From an uncultured Dehalococcoidia bacterium (GTDB taxonomy: Bacteria > Chloroflexota > Dehalococcoidia > Lucifugimonadales > CAJWER01): a stretch of 64,000 nt of DNA. A program made the position numbers and the translations under genes. The notes beneath the pieces are model-generated. The model saw only the letters and a program-made list of their open reading frames with translations. It had not been told where the DNA came from and searched no databases. Below are positions 21,052 to 30,252 of this stretch, piece by piece. Position 1 is the stretch's first letter; the number at the start of each line of letters is the position of its first letter. The stretch spans positions 193,578 through 257,577 of the forward strand of contig CAZSLO010000023.1 in assembly GCA_964608025.1 (NCBI GenBank), read 5' to 3'.

Positions 21052-21438
21052 TCAGCGTGTATGAGCGTGCAGAATTTCAAACATTTGGTCGAACGTTTCG
21101 TTGATGTGTAATCTCAATCTATGCTCTTCAACATCTGAGAGTCCTGCCCTCGCTTTAAGAAGGGTGTTGAACAAACTAAGTGCCATCTGTACGCCCGCTA
21201 CATTTAAGCCCAATTCACCCACAAGATGCTTGATTAATCGAAGACGTGCGATGTCTTCGTCTGAGTATAAACGGAGCATACCCACTGTTCTCGATGGCCG
21301 AACCAAGCCTGCCCTCTCATATTTCCTGAGAGTTTGGGGATGCATTTCCAGGATCCGTGCGGCAACACTGATAATGTAGACGCCCTCAATCTGGCTGGAT
21401 GAATTGTTATCTAAAAACCGGCGAGATCCCTGAACCAT
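21052..21438 (-). CDS. hspR: HspR-like MerR-family heat-shock repressor
   Basis: YIISVAARILEMHPQTLRKYERAGLVRPSRTVGMLRLYS...LGLNVAGV; lies upstream of grpE-dnaK. Confidence 0.88.
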   Translation of the reverse strand: MVQGSRRFLDNNSSSQIEGVYIISVAARILEMHPQTLRKYERAGLVRPSRTVGMLRLYSDEDIARLRLIKHLVGELGLNVAGVQMALSLFNTLLKARAGLSDVEEHRLRLHINETFDQMFEILHAHTR

Positions 21439-21553
21439 AGTTTCCTAACTAGAATTTGCATTGACCGTTATAGGACTTGGAGAGGTCATTCTCAAATTAG
21501 AACATATTCAATAAGAGAGACTTGGTTAGACTAGTCGCTATAGGTCACATATA

Positions 21554-21582
21554 AGTATACGTAGTGATACGCAGCGTGTCAA
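21554..21582 (-). promoter_or_regulatory. Near-consensus sigma70 promoter of hspR-grpE-dnaK
   Basis: TTGACA (21582-21577), 17 nt, TATACT (21559-21554). Confidence 0.8.
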
Positions 21583-21739
21583 CTTTGTTATTATAAATAT
21601 GGTCGACTTCGCAAAATTTGATCAAGTCAAGACTAGCTATCCTGGGAGTGTAGGGAGATTAAGATTATTAAATTAGTAGTGTTCGGACTTACCGGAATTA
21701 TGTATAAGTTGGCACGGTTCTGAAAAGGAGGATTGAAAA

Positions 21740-21916
21740 GTGTTTATCTTCAGGGCTTGTTCTAGGTGTAGAGGGGATATTTACCTTGACCGTGACATCT
21801 ACGGTGATTACAAAAAGTGCATGCAGTGTGGACTCATGCAATACATTGAAAACAGAGATAGAGCAAAAATCTTGAAGTCTGCTACTGTAAATAATCGAAA
21901 GACTGATGTCGCCTAA
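21740..21916 (+). CDS. 58-aa zinc-ribbon microprotein (not in ORF track) MFIFRACSRCRGDIYLDRDIYGDYKKCMQCGLMQYIENRDRAKILKSATVNNRKTDVA
   Basis: AAGGAGG SD, GTG start at 21740, CxxC-x16-CxxCG, TAA ending at 21916. Confidence 0.8.
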   Translation: MFIFRACSRCRGDIYLDRDIYGDYKKCMQCGLMQYIENRDRAKILKSATVNNRKTDVA

Positions 21917-22154
21917 CTATTTTCCAATGGAGGTGGATATCAGTAAAGATTTCAGAAGACTTTGCCAGACTTCTGAGAAAAGTCTTCGCAAACTCTGGCA
22001 CTATTAAATTCATAGGACTGGTTAGCCGTATCACCTAGGGGAGACGACGTACAATTCATCAAGCCCAACACAGCCGATCCTAAGTAGGGATATGACCACT
22101 CGGGAGAGTGATTCCCAAGGAAATCTTGGTAATTTCGAAACAGCTTACCGCCGT

Positions 22155-22769
22155 CTATAATGCTTGATCCCGGAAACGCTGCTCTTTCCAAGGGTTTCCT
22201 TCAATATGATACCCGCGTTTTTCCCAAAACCCTGGCAAGTTATCTGATAAGAATTCTATCCCGTTAACCCACTTAGCGCTTTTCCATCCATAAAGCTTTG
22301 GTACGATAAGACGTAAGGGCCCGCCGTGATCAGGTGTTAGTAGTTCACCATCGTGTCGATATGCGAACATTACGTCAGGATCCATTAGCGAGTCTATGGG
22401 GATGTTGGTTTTATAGCCGCCATAGCAATGGAACATTACGAAATGTGCACCGGGTTTAAGGGCTATCAGTTCCATTACATCAGTGAAGAGTATGCCTTCC
22501 CATGTATTTTGCAGGCGGCTCCATTGGGTGACACAGTGGAACTCACTGGAGGTGACAGTTTTATCCAATCCGATGAATTGTTTCCAGTCCAGTGTGATTT
22601 CTTGCTGGACTAGGCCGAATGCTCTGAAACGCCATTTTGCTATGTCTATCTTGGGGGTCGGTCCGAAGGAGAGAACGGGAAACTTATTGGTTACGTATTG
22701 ACCTGGAGGGACTGCTGGAGTGGCCTGATCACCGACGATATTCGTAGTATTGCCTAGTTTTTTTAGCAT
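22155..22769 (-). CDS. Sulfite-oxidase-like molybdopterin-dependent oxidoreductase
   Basis: PPGQY, FHCVTQWS (Mo-ligating Cys), HGGPLRLIVP, YGWKSAKW, GFWE..GYH. Confidence 0.9.
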   Translation of the reverse strand: MLKKLGNTTNIVGDQATPAVPPGQYVTNKFPVLSFGPTPKIDIAKWRFRAFGLVQQEITLDWKQFIGLDKTVTSSEFHCVTQWSRLQNTWEGILFTDVMELIALKPGAHFVMFHCYGGYKTNIPIDSLMDPDVMFAYRHDGELLTPDHGGPLRLIVPKLYGWKSAKWVNGIEFLSDNLPGFWEKRGYHIEGNPWKEQRFRDQAL

Positions 22770-22878
22770 TGAGGTTTCCTTGCTTAAAGTATGTTAGCTA
22801 GAACAGACTGGTCTGAACGTAGCCTTACATGGCTTGGAAGAATTTTGTTTGAGTCGCGGGTTTAATTAATCGTAATAG

Positions 22879-24285
22879 TTATGCCGAGAGCCTATTGATG
22901 CCATCAAGCGCAGCAGTTTTGTAGCATTCGGCCAGCGTTGGGTAGTTGAATACCGTTTCAATAAAATAGTCAAGTGTGCCTCCAAGACTTAAGACAGCTT
23001 GACCTATGTGGACTAGCTCACTTGCCCCTTCCCCAATAATATGTATACCTAGGATTTGCCTAGTCTCTAGATGGAAGAGTAGCTTTAGGAGTCCAGTCTC
23101 ATCACCTATAATTTGGCCACGTGCTATTTCCCGATATTGGGCTTTACCACATTCGTAAGGGACACCGCTATTTGTTAAGTCTTCCTCGGTACGGCCTATC
23201 ATCGATATCTCTGGGATAGTGTATATACCATAAGGAAAAACATCGGGGACCCTGTTTGATAATAATCCGAAAGCATGGGCCGCAGCTATTCTTCCTTGTT
23301 CGCCTGAGGTAGACGCGAGGCTTGGGAACCCGATAACATCTCCGGCTGCATAAATGTGGGATACGGTCGTTTGGAATGAATTGTTCACTTCTAGACGGCC
23401 ACGCTCGTTTGGTTCGAGTCCAGCTGCAGTTAGGTTGAGTGAAGAGGTTGCTCCAGTCCGTCCAATACTGTAAAGCGCTGATTCGGTCACTATTTGTTTC
23501 CCGCTTGCCAAAAATATCTTGACGTGTGGCCCTTGTTCATCTTCGAAAGGCTCGATGTGGCTGACTTCCTCGTTCAGGCGCAGAGTCACTCTATTCTGAC
23601 GCATGTGGTATACGAGTGTGTCAATGATCTCGGTATCTACGAAGGTTAGCAGCCTTGGAGATTTGTCGATCAAGGTGACTTTTATTCCTAAGGCGGCGAG
23701 CATGCTTCCGTACTCTAGGCCTATTACACCGGCCCCAATAATTGCGAGAGTACTAGGCAGTTCTGAGAGTCTTAGTATTTCATCGGTTATGAAGATGCGT
23801 TTCCCGTCTATGGGTATTTCCTTGGGTTTTGTGGCCGAAGTCCCAACTGCTATCACTATTTTTTCTGCTGTGATCAATCGTTGGCTGTTGCTGTCTTTCG
23901 ATAAAAGATGGATCGTGTGTGGGTCCTTAAATGAGGCTGTTGCGGTGATAAGTTCGATGTTGTTTCTCAAAAGTTGATTACGTAACACATCCATCTCTTG
24001 TCCCATCACATGGTTTGTATGAACCAGGATATCTTGCATACGGATGTTCTTTTTTACCGAATAGGATTCTCCATAGATGCTTCGTTCTCGGTATCCAGTT
24101 AGGTGAAGAATTGCTTCACGCATTGTCTTACTTGGAATTGTGCCGGTATTAAGCATGGCTCCGCCAATGGTGGTTTGGCGTTCGATGAGGATGACGCTTT
24201 TCCCGAGCTTAGCAGCTTGTACCGCTGCTCTTTGCCCGGCTGGACCCGATCCAATGATAGCGATGTTGTAATCGTAGCTATACAT
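22879..24285 (-). CDS. sthA: Soluble (Si-specific) NAD(P)+ transhydrogenase
   Basis: IGSGPAGQRAA, GTIPSKT, GAGVIGLEY, YGIYTIPEIS, FNYPTLAECYK; no redox CxxxxC pair. Confidence 0.93.
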   Translation of the reverse strand: MYSYDYNIAIIGSGPAGQRAAVQAAKLGKSVILIERQTTIGGAMLNTGTIPSKTMREAILHLTGYRERSIYGESYSVKKNIRMQDILVHTNHVMGQEMDVLRNQLLRNNIELITATASFKDPHTIHLLSKDSNSQRLITAEKIVIAVGTSATKPKEIPIDGKRIFITDEILRLSELPSTLAIIGAGVIGLEYGSMLAALGIKVTLIDKSPRLLTFVDTEIIDTLVYHMRQNRVTLRLNEEVSHIEPFEDEQGPHVKIFLASGKQIVTESALYSIGRTGATSSLNLTAAGLEPNERGRLEVNNSFQTTVSHIYAAGDVIGFPSLASTSGEQGRIAAAHAFGLLSNRVPDVFPYGIYTIPEISMIGRTEEDLTNSGVPYECGKAQYREIARGQIIGDETGLLKLLFHLETRQILGIHIIGEGASELVHIGQAVLSLGGTLDYFIETVFNYPTLAECYKTAALDGINRLSA

Positions 24286-24317
24286 ATATTGACCTAATCT
24301 TATCTGTAAAGATCAAA

Positions 24318-24335
24318 GTGGCAAATATTTTACAC
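24318..24335. promoter_or_regulatory. Possible Rex-like operator upstream of sthA
   Basis: GTGGC-AAATATTT-TACAC compared with the Rex-type palindrome TTGTG-AAnnnnTT-CACAA. Confidence 0.3.
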
Positions 24336-24405
24336 TCCTAGTGTGGCATATTAATGGAAATTGCCTATTGTGGCCTTGGTAGGCTAGACCTATAATCGAC
24401 ATTCC

Positions 24406-25425
24406 ATGCGCATTCGTGAAATTGATGAATTCGAACTGATCGAGATATTGTCCCAGACCGTAAAGTCAAGGGAAGTATTTCAAGGCGATAGGTTAAATAA
24501 GGATGAATTCAGGCTAGTTCAATCCATTGGCGATGATGCTGCCATTTGGCAGTGTGGTGTGGGGACAAGCGTTTTGACCACAGATACCGTTGTGGAAGGA
24601 GTTCATTTCGATCTATCTCACATATCTTGGCGAGATCTAGGCTGGAAATCACTGGCCGTAAATCTTAGCGATATAGCCGCTATGGGTTGTAAACCGAAGG
24701 TTGCGACCGTGACGCTTGGGCTTTATCCAGATATAGAAGTCAGCGATATTATAGACATGTACGAAGGGATGCTGGATGCATCTGCTATGTACGGTGGGTT
24801 GATTGTAGGAGGAGATATTGTGCGTTCTCCTACGCTTTTCGTCACAATAGCAATGACGGGATATCTCGGTGGCATTGATTCTCCCCTGTTGATGCGCAGT
24901 GCTGCAATCCCAGGAGACGTGGTTGCAGTGACCGGGAGCCTTGGTACATCTGCAGGTGGCCTCAAGATCATTTCTCTCGGTCACCCGAAGAATAGAATTG
25001 GATATAGTTCTCTTTTGGAAAGTCATTTCCGGCCTGTGCCCAGAGTTCTTGAAGGATTCGAATTTAGAAATCTGGGAATTAGAGCAGCAATCGATGTCAG
25101 TGATGGGCTAATAAACGATTTGGGTCGAATGTGTAAGGCTAGCGGGGTTGGGGCGATTATTCAGACAGAACAAATACCGGTAAGCGACCATTTGAAGCAG
25201 ATTTTCGATGAAGAATGGTTGGTATTAGCTTTATCAGGCGGAGAAGACTATGAATTGTTGGTTACTGCGCCTGAAGAAATTATCCGAAAAGCTCAAGATA
25301 TTATTGATACTCCGATTACTATAATTGGCAAAATTGTGGATGGAGATACTGTTAAAGTCTTGGATGAATTTGCTGCAGTGGTGGAGATTGATGAAGGAGG
25401 ATGGGACCATTTTGCTTGTGGATAG
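24406..25425 (+). CDS. thiL: Thiamine-monophosphate kinase
   Basis: EFELI, IGDDAA, EGVHF, VNLSDIAAMG, GGD, IDVSDGL, GGEDYELL, GWDHF. Confidence 0.95.
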   Translation: MRIREIDEFELIEILSQTVKSREVFQGDRLNKDEFRLVQSIGDDAAIWQCGVGTSVLTTDTVVEGVHFDLSHISWRDLGWKSLAVNLSDIAAMGCKPKVATVTLGLYPDIEVSDIIDMYEGMLDASAMYGGLIVGGDIVRSPTLFVTIAMTGYLGGIDSPLLMRSAAIPGDVVAVTGSLGTSAGGLKIISLGHPKNRIGYSSLLESHFRPVPRVLEGFEFRNLGIRAAIDVSDGLINDLGRMCKASGVGAIIQTEQIPVSDHLKQIFDEEWLVLALSGGEDYELLVTAPEEIIRKAQDIIDTPITIIGKIVDGDTVKVLDEFAAVVEIDEGGWDHFACG

Positions 25426-25548
25426 GGAGTAGGATGGATATTGATACTAGGCCTTATCCGACCGGCCTGATCGATGGAACGGACCTTTCGATACATACTC
25501 AAAAGATCAAATTAGATTAAGTTAACCAACCTCTTTGGTGATGCTTAC

Positions 25549-25860
25549 GTGGGAAAAGGTTTTATGGATAAAGTTGAAATAGAGATAAATTCTATTGGAG
25601 GAACGAGAGCGAGCGAGATTCTGGCAGACCTTCGTACCGTAGTGGAGACCCTCTATTTCCCAATGACACTATCCGGATTTTGGGACCATAAGGAGGATCT
25701 CCATCTTTGTCCCGACGAGGAACGTAAACAGGAATGTTCCCATTTCCTTTCTGGAGGAGACTTTGACCTCTCAGGGTACGAGTTAGCAATTTCAAGACAG
25801 CGTCAAGTGAGCCTACGAGTGGGATTCAAGCATGCAAGCCTATTCATTTACTTGACATAG
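25549..25860 (+). CDS. Hypothetical protein (about 100 aa)
   Basis: Co-oriented ORF filling the thiL-recA gap; contains HLC-x8-CSH. Confidence 0.6.
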   Translation: MGKGFMDKVEIEINSIGGTRASEILADLRTVVETLYFPMTLSGFWDHKEDLHLCPDEERKQECSHFLSGGDFDLSGYELAISRQRQVSLRVGFKHASLFIYLT

Positions 25861-26079
25861 AGCTCACTATATTTGATAGGGATTTCCATAATGAAATTTT
25901 TGAAAAAGAGCCGAAAAACCATGCACCTTTGCATTGATTTATATCCGATATTTTGTTTCGTATAATCACATGTTTTTAAAAGTACTTGTTAGAAGCCTAA
26001 ACAGATGGATATCAAGGAATTTCCTTTAGGATGTTGTACATCTATTATCCTGGGAGGATCAACAGAATTGGTCGATACC

Positions 26080-26097
26080 AAACATTTGTGCTATAAT
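26080..26097 (+). promoter_or_regulatory. recA extended -10 overlapped by a degenerate LexA (GAAC-N4-GTTC type) box
   Basis: AAAC-ATTT-GTGC directly followed by TATAAT (TGcTATAAT). Confidence 0.5.
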
Positions 26098-26156
26098 TCT
26101 CTCCCCGCGTGCAAATAGGGGCGCAGCGGTAATACATCAATGAGGTTGAATGGTCA

Positions 26157-27188
26157 GTGACTACTGAAAAAACGAAGGCGCTGGATCTTGCGATCGGACA
26201 AATTGAGCGTCAATTTGGTAGCGGTTCTGTTGTAAGACTGGGAGATTCGGCAGGTCCGGATAGAGTACAGTCTATTTCTACTGGCTCACTCTCATTGGAT
26301 ATGGCTCTGGGTGTTGGCGGTATACCGAGGGGACGCGTAGTGGAAGTATTCGGACCGGAATCATCTGGTAAGTCGACGCTTTCATACCACGTGATGGCTG
26401 AAGCCCAACGGACTGGAGGAGAAGCTGCCTACATTGATGCAGAACATGCCCTTGACCCGTCTTACGCGGTTACCTGTGGCGTCAATACAGACCATCTGCT
26501 TGTATCCCAACCCGATTCGGCTGAGCAAGGTCTCGAGATATGTGAATATCTTGTTCGCAGTGGTGCTCTTGATATTGTTGTCGTAGACAGCGTGGCGGCT
26601 TTGGTGCCACGGTCTGAACTTGAAGGTGATATGGGAGATGCACATGTTGGTCTCCAGGCTCGATTAATGTCACAGGCCTTGAGAAAACTTACAGCAGCAA
26701 TTAGTAGATCCAACACGTCTGTTGTTTTCATTAACCAGATCAGGGAAAAGGTGGGGATATTGTGGGGCAGCCCAGAGACGACTCCGGGTGGCAGGGCTCT
26801 AAAATTCTACAGTTCAGTCCGCATTGATTTGAGGAGGATCGAGTCCATCAAGCAAAGTAACGATATTACGGGTGCGCGGATTCGGGCGAGGATTGTGAAA
26901 AATAAGGTTGCTCCACCCTTCCGGGTTGCAGAGTTCGATATGATGTTCAGTGAAGGCATTAGCAAGGAAGGTGATCTAGTAGATCTGGGTACCGAGATGG
27001 GTATAATAAAGAAAAGCGGCTCTTTCTACTCATTTGGAGATATCCGTCTTGGTCAAGGAAGAGAAAATTCAAAGAATTTCCTTCGTGAGAATACTGAGAT
27101 TTCTGATGATATTGAAGGGCTAATTCGGGATATATCAGAATCTGATACTGATGAGACAGCTAGTGGAGTTACAGAATCCAAGAACTAG
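26157..27188 (+). CDS. recA: Recombinase RecA
   Basis: [53 protein letters not shown]; no intein. Confidence 0.98.
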   Translation: MTTEKTKALDLAIGQIERQFGSGSVVRLGDSAGPDRVQSISTGSLSLDMALGVGGIPRGRVVEVFGPESSGKSTLSYHVMAEAQRTGGEAAYIDAEHALDPSYAVTCGVNTDHLLVSQPDSAEQGLEICEYLVRSGALDIVVVDSVAALVPRSELEGDMGDAHVGLQARLMSQALRKLTAAISRSNTSVVFINQIREKVGILWGSPETTPGGRALKFYSSVRIDLRRIESIKQSNDITGARIRARIVKNKVAPPFRVAEFDMMFSEGISKEGDLVDLGTEMGIIKKSGSFYSFGDIRLGQGRENSKNFLRENTEISDDIEGLIRDISESDTDETASGVTESKN

Positions 27189-27528
27189 GTACCAAATTTA
27201 CCTGGGAATAGCGTCCCAGCGTGTAAGTGCATACTGCGACTGGAAGCAATTTTGAAATCGTCTGGCCCGACATCTGACGACCCCCCATTACAACAAATCA
27301 ATCACAGGGCCCCAGAAGCTGGGGGATATGTTTCAATCCGGAGTATTTATTACAGGACTCCAACTATATCCCCGTATATTTCATATACTGACAATGTGTA
27401 CCGGACTACCCAGCCGATATTTTTTCTGGGGCGATTAATTGATAGCGTCCCTAGTAACTCAGTATCTCGCAATACGGCTCATGATTTATAACATGAGGAT
27501 ATTTTCATGATGGTGTCTAGGAGGATCG

Positions 27529-28803
27529 GTGATGTCAGGCGTTGAGATAGGTGAATTGTTAATAGCTGGAGTCCTTGTAATCTTGTCAGCTTTTTTCTCT
27601 AGTGCAGAATCAGCTTTTCTTGCGTTGCAAAACACGGCAAGGCTTCGTCACTTGGTTAGCATAGGTTCACAAGGTGCAGTACGAGTTGATGAGATGTTGC
27701 GGGAACCAGGGCGCCTGCTTTCAACCATATTGCTGGGCAATAACCTAGTGAATATTGGATTTACTGCCCTAGTGACAGCGATTACCTTGTCATTTATAAA
27801 GGAAGGTACTGGGATCGCTGCTTCTACTGCGGTTGCAACTACTATTCTGTTACTACTGGGCGAAATTGTGCCTAAGACATTGGCAGTACGCAACCCAGAG
27901 CGGGTTGCTTTAATGTTCGCTAGACCTTTGAAAGTGGTCGAACTTATGTTGTTCCCTATAGTAATTATTTTGCAACGTATCAGTGATCTAGCCACATTTG
28001 GTGACCGTACACAGGATGCGTCGATTACAGAGGACGAATTGAGAACTCTTATTGATATTGGTGAGGCAGAGGGTCAATTCGATCCGGAAGAGGCCGAGAT
28101 GCTGGAAAGCGTGTTCCGATTCGGTGATCGGCAAGTTCGCGAAATGATGACCCCGAGAACCGAGATCATATTCGTTGAACGTGGCACTTCGATGCAGACA
28201 TTCCTAGAACTTTATACTGAACATGCCCACACGAGGTTCCCTGTTTACAAAGAATCAACTGACGATGTTGTAGGAATCCTTTCTACCAAAGACATACTAA
28301 GGTTAATGTCAGCGGGAAAGATGGATATGAACGGAAATGTGACAGACGTTATAAGAGATGCATACTTTGTCCCAGAGACAAAAAGGATAGCGGAATTATT
28401 CGAGGAACTTCGTGACTCAGGCAATCAGATGGCCGTTGCTATTGATGAATTTGGTGGTGTAGCAGGACTTGTCACACTAAAGAGATTGTTGGAAGAAGTG
28501 GTGGGTCGCGTGGGAGAGGAAGGGGTAAGGCCTGAAGAAGAATACGAGGCTCTTGGTCGGGATACTTTTCAGATTGACGGTGGTATGAGTGTCGATGAAG
28601 TGATGGACGAGTTAGATATAGACCTCGGACAAGGTGATTATGAAACAGTTGCAGGCTTCGTGTTGAGTTCACTTGGACATATCCCATCAGAGGGCGAAGT
28701 ACTAGAAATGCCAACTATCTCTGTCGAGATCACTAACATGAAGGGCCTAAAAATAGAGGCAGTGAAGCTAATTAAGAAACCCGTGCATGAACCGTCTGAT
28801 TGA
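27529..28803 (+). CDS. Hemolysin/CNNM (DUF21-CBS-CorC) family protein
   Basis: SAFFSSAESA, LLGNNLVN, GEIVPK, MTPR, HTRFPV, IDEFGGVAGLVT, YETVAG. Confidence 0.92.
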   Translation: MMSGVEIGELLIAGVLVILSAFFSSAESAFLALQNTARLRHLVSIGSQGAVRVDEMLREPGRLLSTILLGNNLVNIGFTALVTAITLSFIKEGTGIAASTAVATTILLLLGEIVPKTLAVRNPERVALMFARPLKVVELMLFPIVIILQRISDLATFGDRTQDASITEDELRTLIDIGEAEGQFDPEEAEMLESVFRFGDRQVREMMTPRTEIIFVERGTSMQTFLELYTEHAHTRFPVYKESTDDVVGILSTKDILRLMSAGKMDMNGNVTDVIRDAYFVPETKRIAELFEELRDSGNQMAVAIDEFGGVAGLVTLKRLLEEVVGRVGEEGVRPEEEYEALGRDTFQIDGGMSVDEVMDELDIDLGQGDYETVAGFVLSSLGHIPSEGEVLEMPTISVEITNMKGLKIEAVKLIKKPVHEPSD

Positions 28804-28809
28804 CTTGGC

Positions 28810-30252
28810 TTGCCCAAGAATAGCGTTATCGAATCAGCTATGACGATTTACAGCCTTGAAGAAACAATATTGCAGGCCGTAAGACGTTGGGGTTTATGTC
28901 CAGGAGATCTTGTGATAGTTGCGGTGTCTGGTGGCCCCGACTCTCTCGCTCTTATCCACTCGTTGGTACGTTCTAGTCCTAACAGTGGTTTGAGGCTTCA
29001 CGTCGCACATCTTGACCATGGGTTGAGAGGTTTTGAGTCTGAGGGAGATGCGCAATTTGTAGTTAACACTTGTGTTGAGCTAGGACTTGATTTTACGATT
29101 GAAAAGACAGATGTGCGGGAATACCGTAAAACTCACCGACTATCTTTAGAGGATGCTGCACGGCAGCTCCGATATAGGTTTTTAGCGCGCGTTGCCCGTG
29201 AAAATAAGGCCAGGGTCATTGCAACGGGGCATACGTCTGATGATCAGGTTGAAACCGTGTTGATGAATATAATACGGGGTACCGGATTGACCGGCCTTCG
29301 GGGGATCCAGGAATTTTCCAACAGGGAAGTGGACGGGTTTGAGATATCAATAATTCGCCCAATGTTACAGTTGGACAAAAGCGAGACAGAGGGATATTGT
29401 GATCAATTAGGATTGGAGCCTAGGTATGATTCGTCGAATGGATCTATTGATCTTCTACGGAACCGTCTACGGCACGATATACTGCCTGCGCTAGATAACA
29501 TCAACCCCTCTGTACGAGAAGCAATTCGCCGTCTTGTTGAGAGTACTGGTCGGGATCTGAGGTACTTGGAGCATGTTGTAGATAAGGTTTGGGACGAAGT
29601 TGTGGAAGATCACCCTGATCGAATAGATATAGACCGGTCAAGATTTGCCAAATTGGATGTATCTGTTGGGGCTCATTTGTTGAGAAGATCGGTTAATGTT
29701 GCAAGACATACCTTGTCAGGCCTGACACTTCTACATGTGGATGAAATGCTAGATTTTCTGAAGGGTCCAGCAGGACGAACCTTGTCCTTGCCAGATGGAC
29801 TGACTCTCAGCGTAGGGTATCGCACTGCTACCATTGGGAAAATAGGACAGGATATTTGCAAGTTCCCAGCGCTGGCAGGAGAACATGTTTTAAAAGTTCC
29901 AGGAGAGACTCGAATTGACCGCTGGTTTGTTAAGATCTCTAAGTCTTGTGATGGTTATACAAATACAATAGATGGAATGAACGTCGAGATATCTGCGCAT
30001 GCTGCAAATCAAGGATTGAGATTACGGACCAGGTTAAATGGGGATAGATTCCAACCCCTTGGGATGAAGGGTAGTAAGAAGCTTCAAGACTTCATGACTG
30101 ATGGCAAGATTGATCGGTGGTGTAGGAACCGTATACCACTCGTTATAGGGGACTCCGGGATAGTATGGGTGGTTGGTTCACGTATTGCCGAGTGGGCAAA
30201 GCCAAGCCTATCTGCGGAGAGATTATTTTTATCAGCATCGTTGGGTCCCTAG
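28810..30252 (+). CDS. tilS: tRNA(Ile)-lysidine synthase
   Basis: AVSGGPDS PP-loop, HLDHGLR, ARQLRY, GHTSDDQVET, RNRLR, C-terminal GDRFQPLGM...KKLQD. Confidence 0.95.
   Translation: MPKNSVIESAMTIYSLEETILQAVRRWGLCPGDLVIVAVSGGPDSLALIHSLVRSSPNSGLRLHVAHLDHGLRGFESEGDAQFVVNTCVELGLDFTIEKTDVREYRKTHRLSLEDAARQLRYRFLARVARENKARVIATGHTSDDQVETVLMNIIRGTGLTGLRGIQEFSNREVDGFEISIIRPMLQLDKSETEGYCDQLGLEPRYDSSNGSIDLLRNRLRHDILPALDNINPSVREAIRRLVESTGRDLRYLEHVVDKVWDEVVEDHPDRIDIDRSRFAKLDVSVGAHLLRRSVNVARHTLSGLTLLHVDEMLDFLKGPAGRTLSLPDGLTLSVGYRTATIGKIGQDICKFPALAGEHVLKVPGETRIDRWFVKISKSCDGYTNTIDGMNVEISAHAANQGLRLRTRLNGDRFQPLGMKGSKKLQDFMTDGKIDRWCRNRIPLVIGDSGIVWVVGSRIAEWAKPSLSAERLFLSASLGP

Noticed and set aside
21499-21510. 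AGAACATATTCA as an SOS box in the hspR leader
   Set aside because: Only one good half-site, and the spacing does not fit GAAC-N4-GTTC.
23405-23430. GGTTCGAGTCC resembling a tRNA T-loop
   Set aside because: It lies inside the sthA coding sequence with no cloverleaf around it.
27252-27491. 79-aa ORF after recA
   Set aside because: TTG start without an SD and no recognisable features; better explained as an intergenic or structured region.
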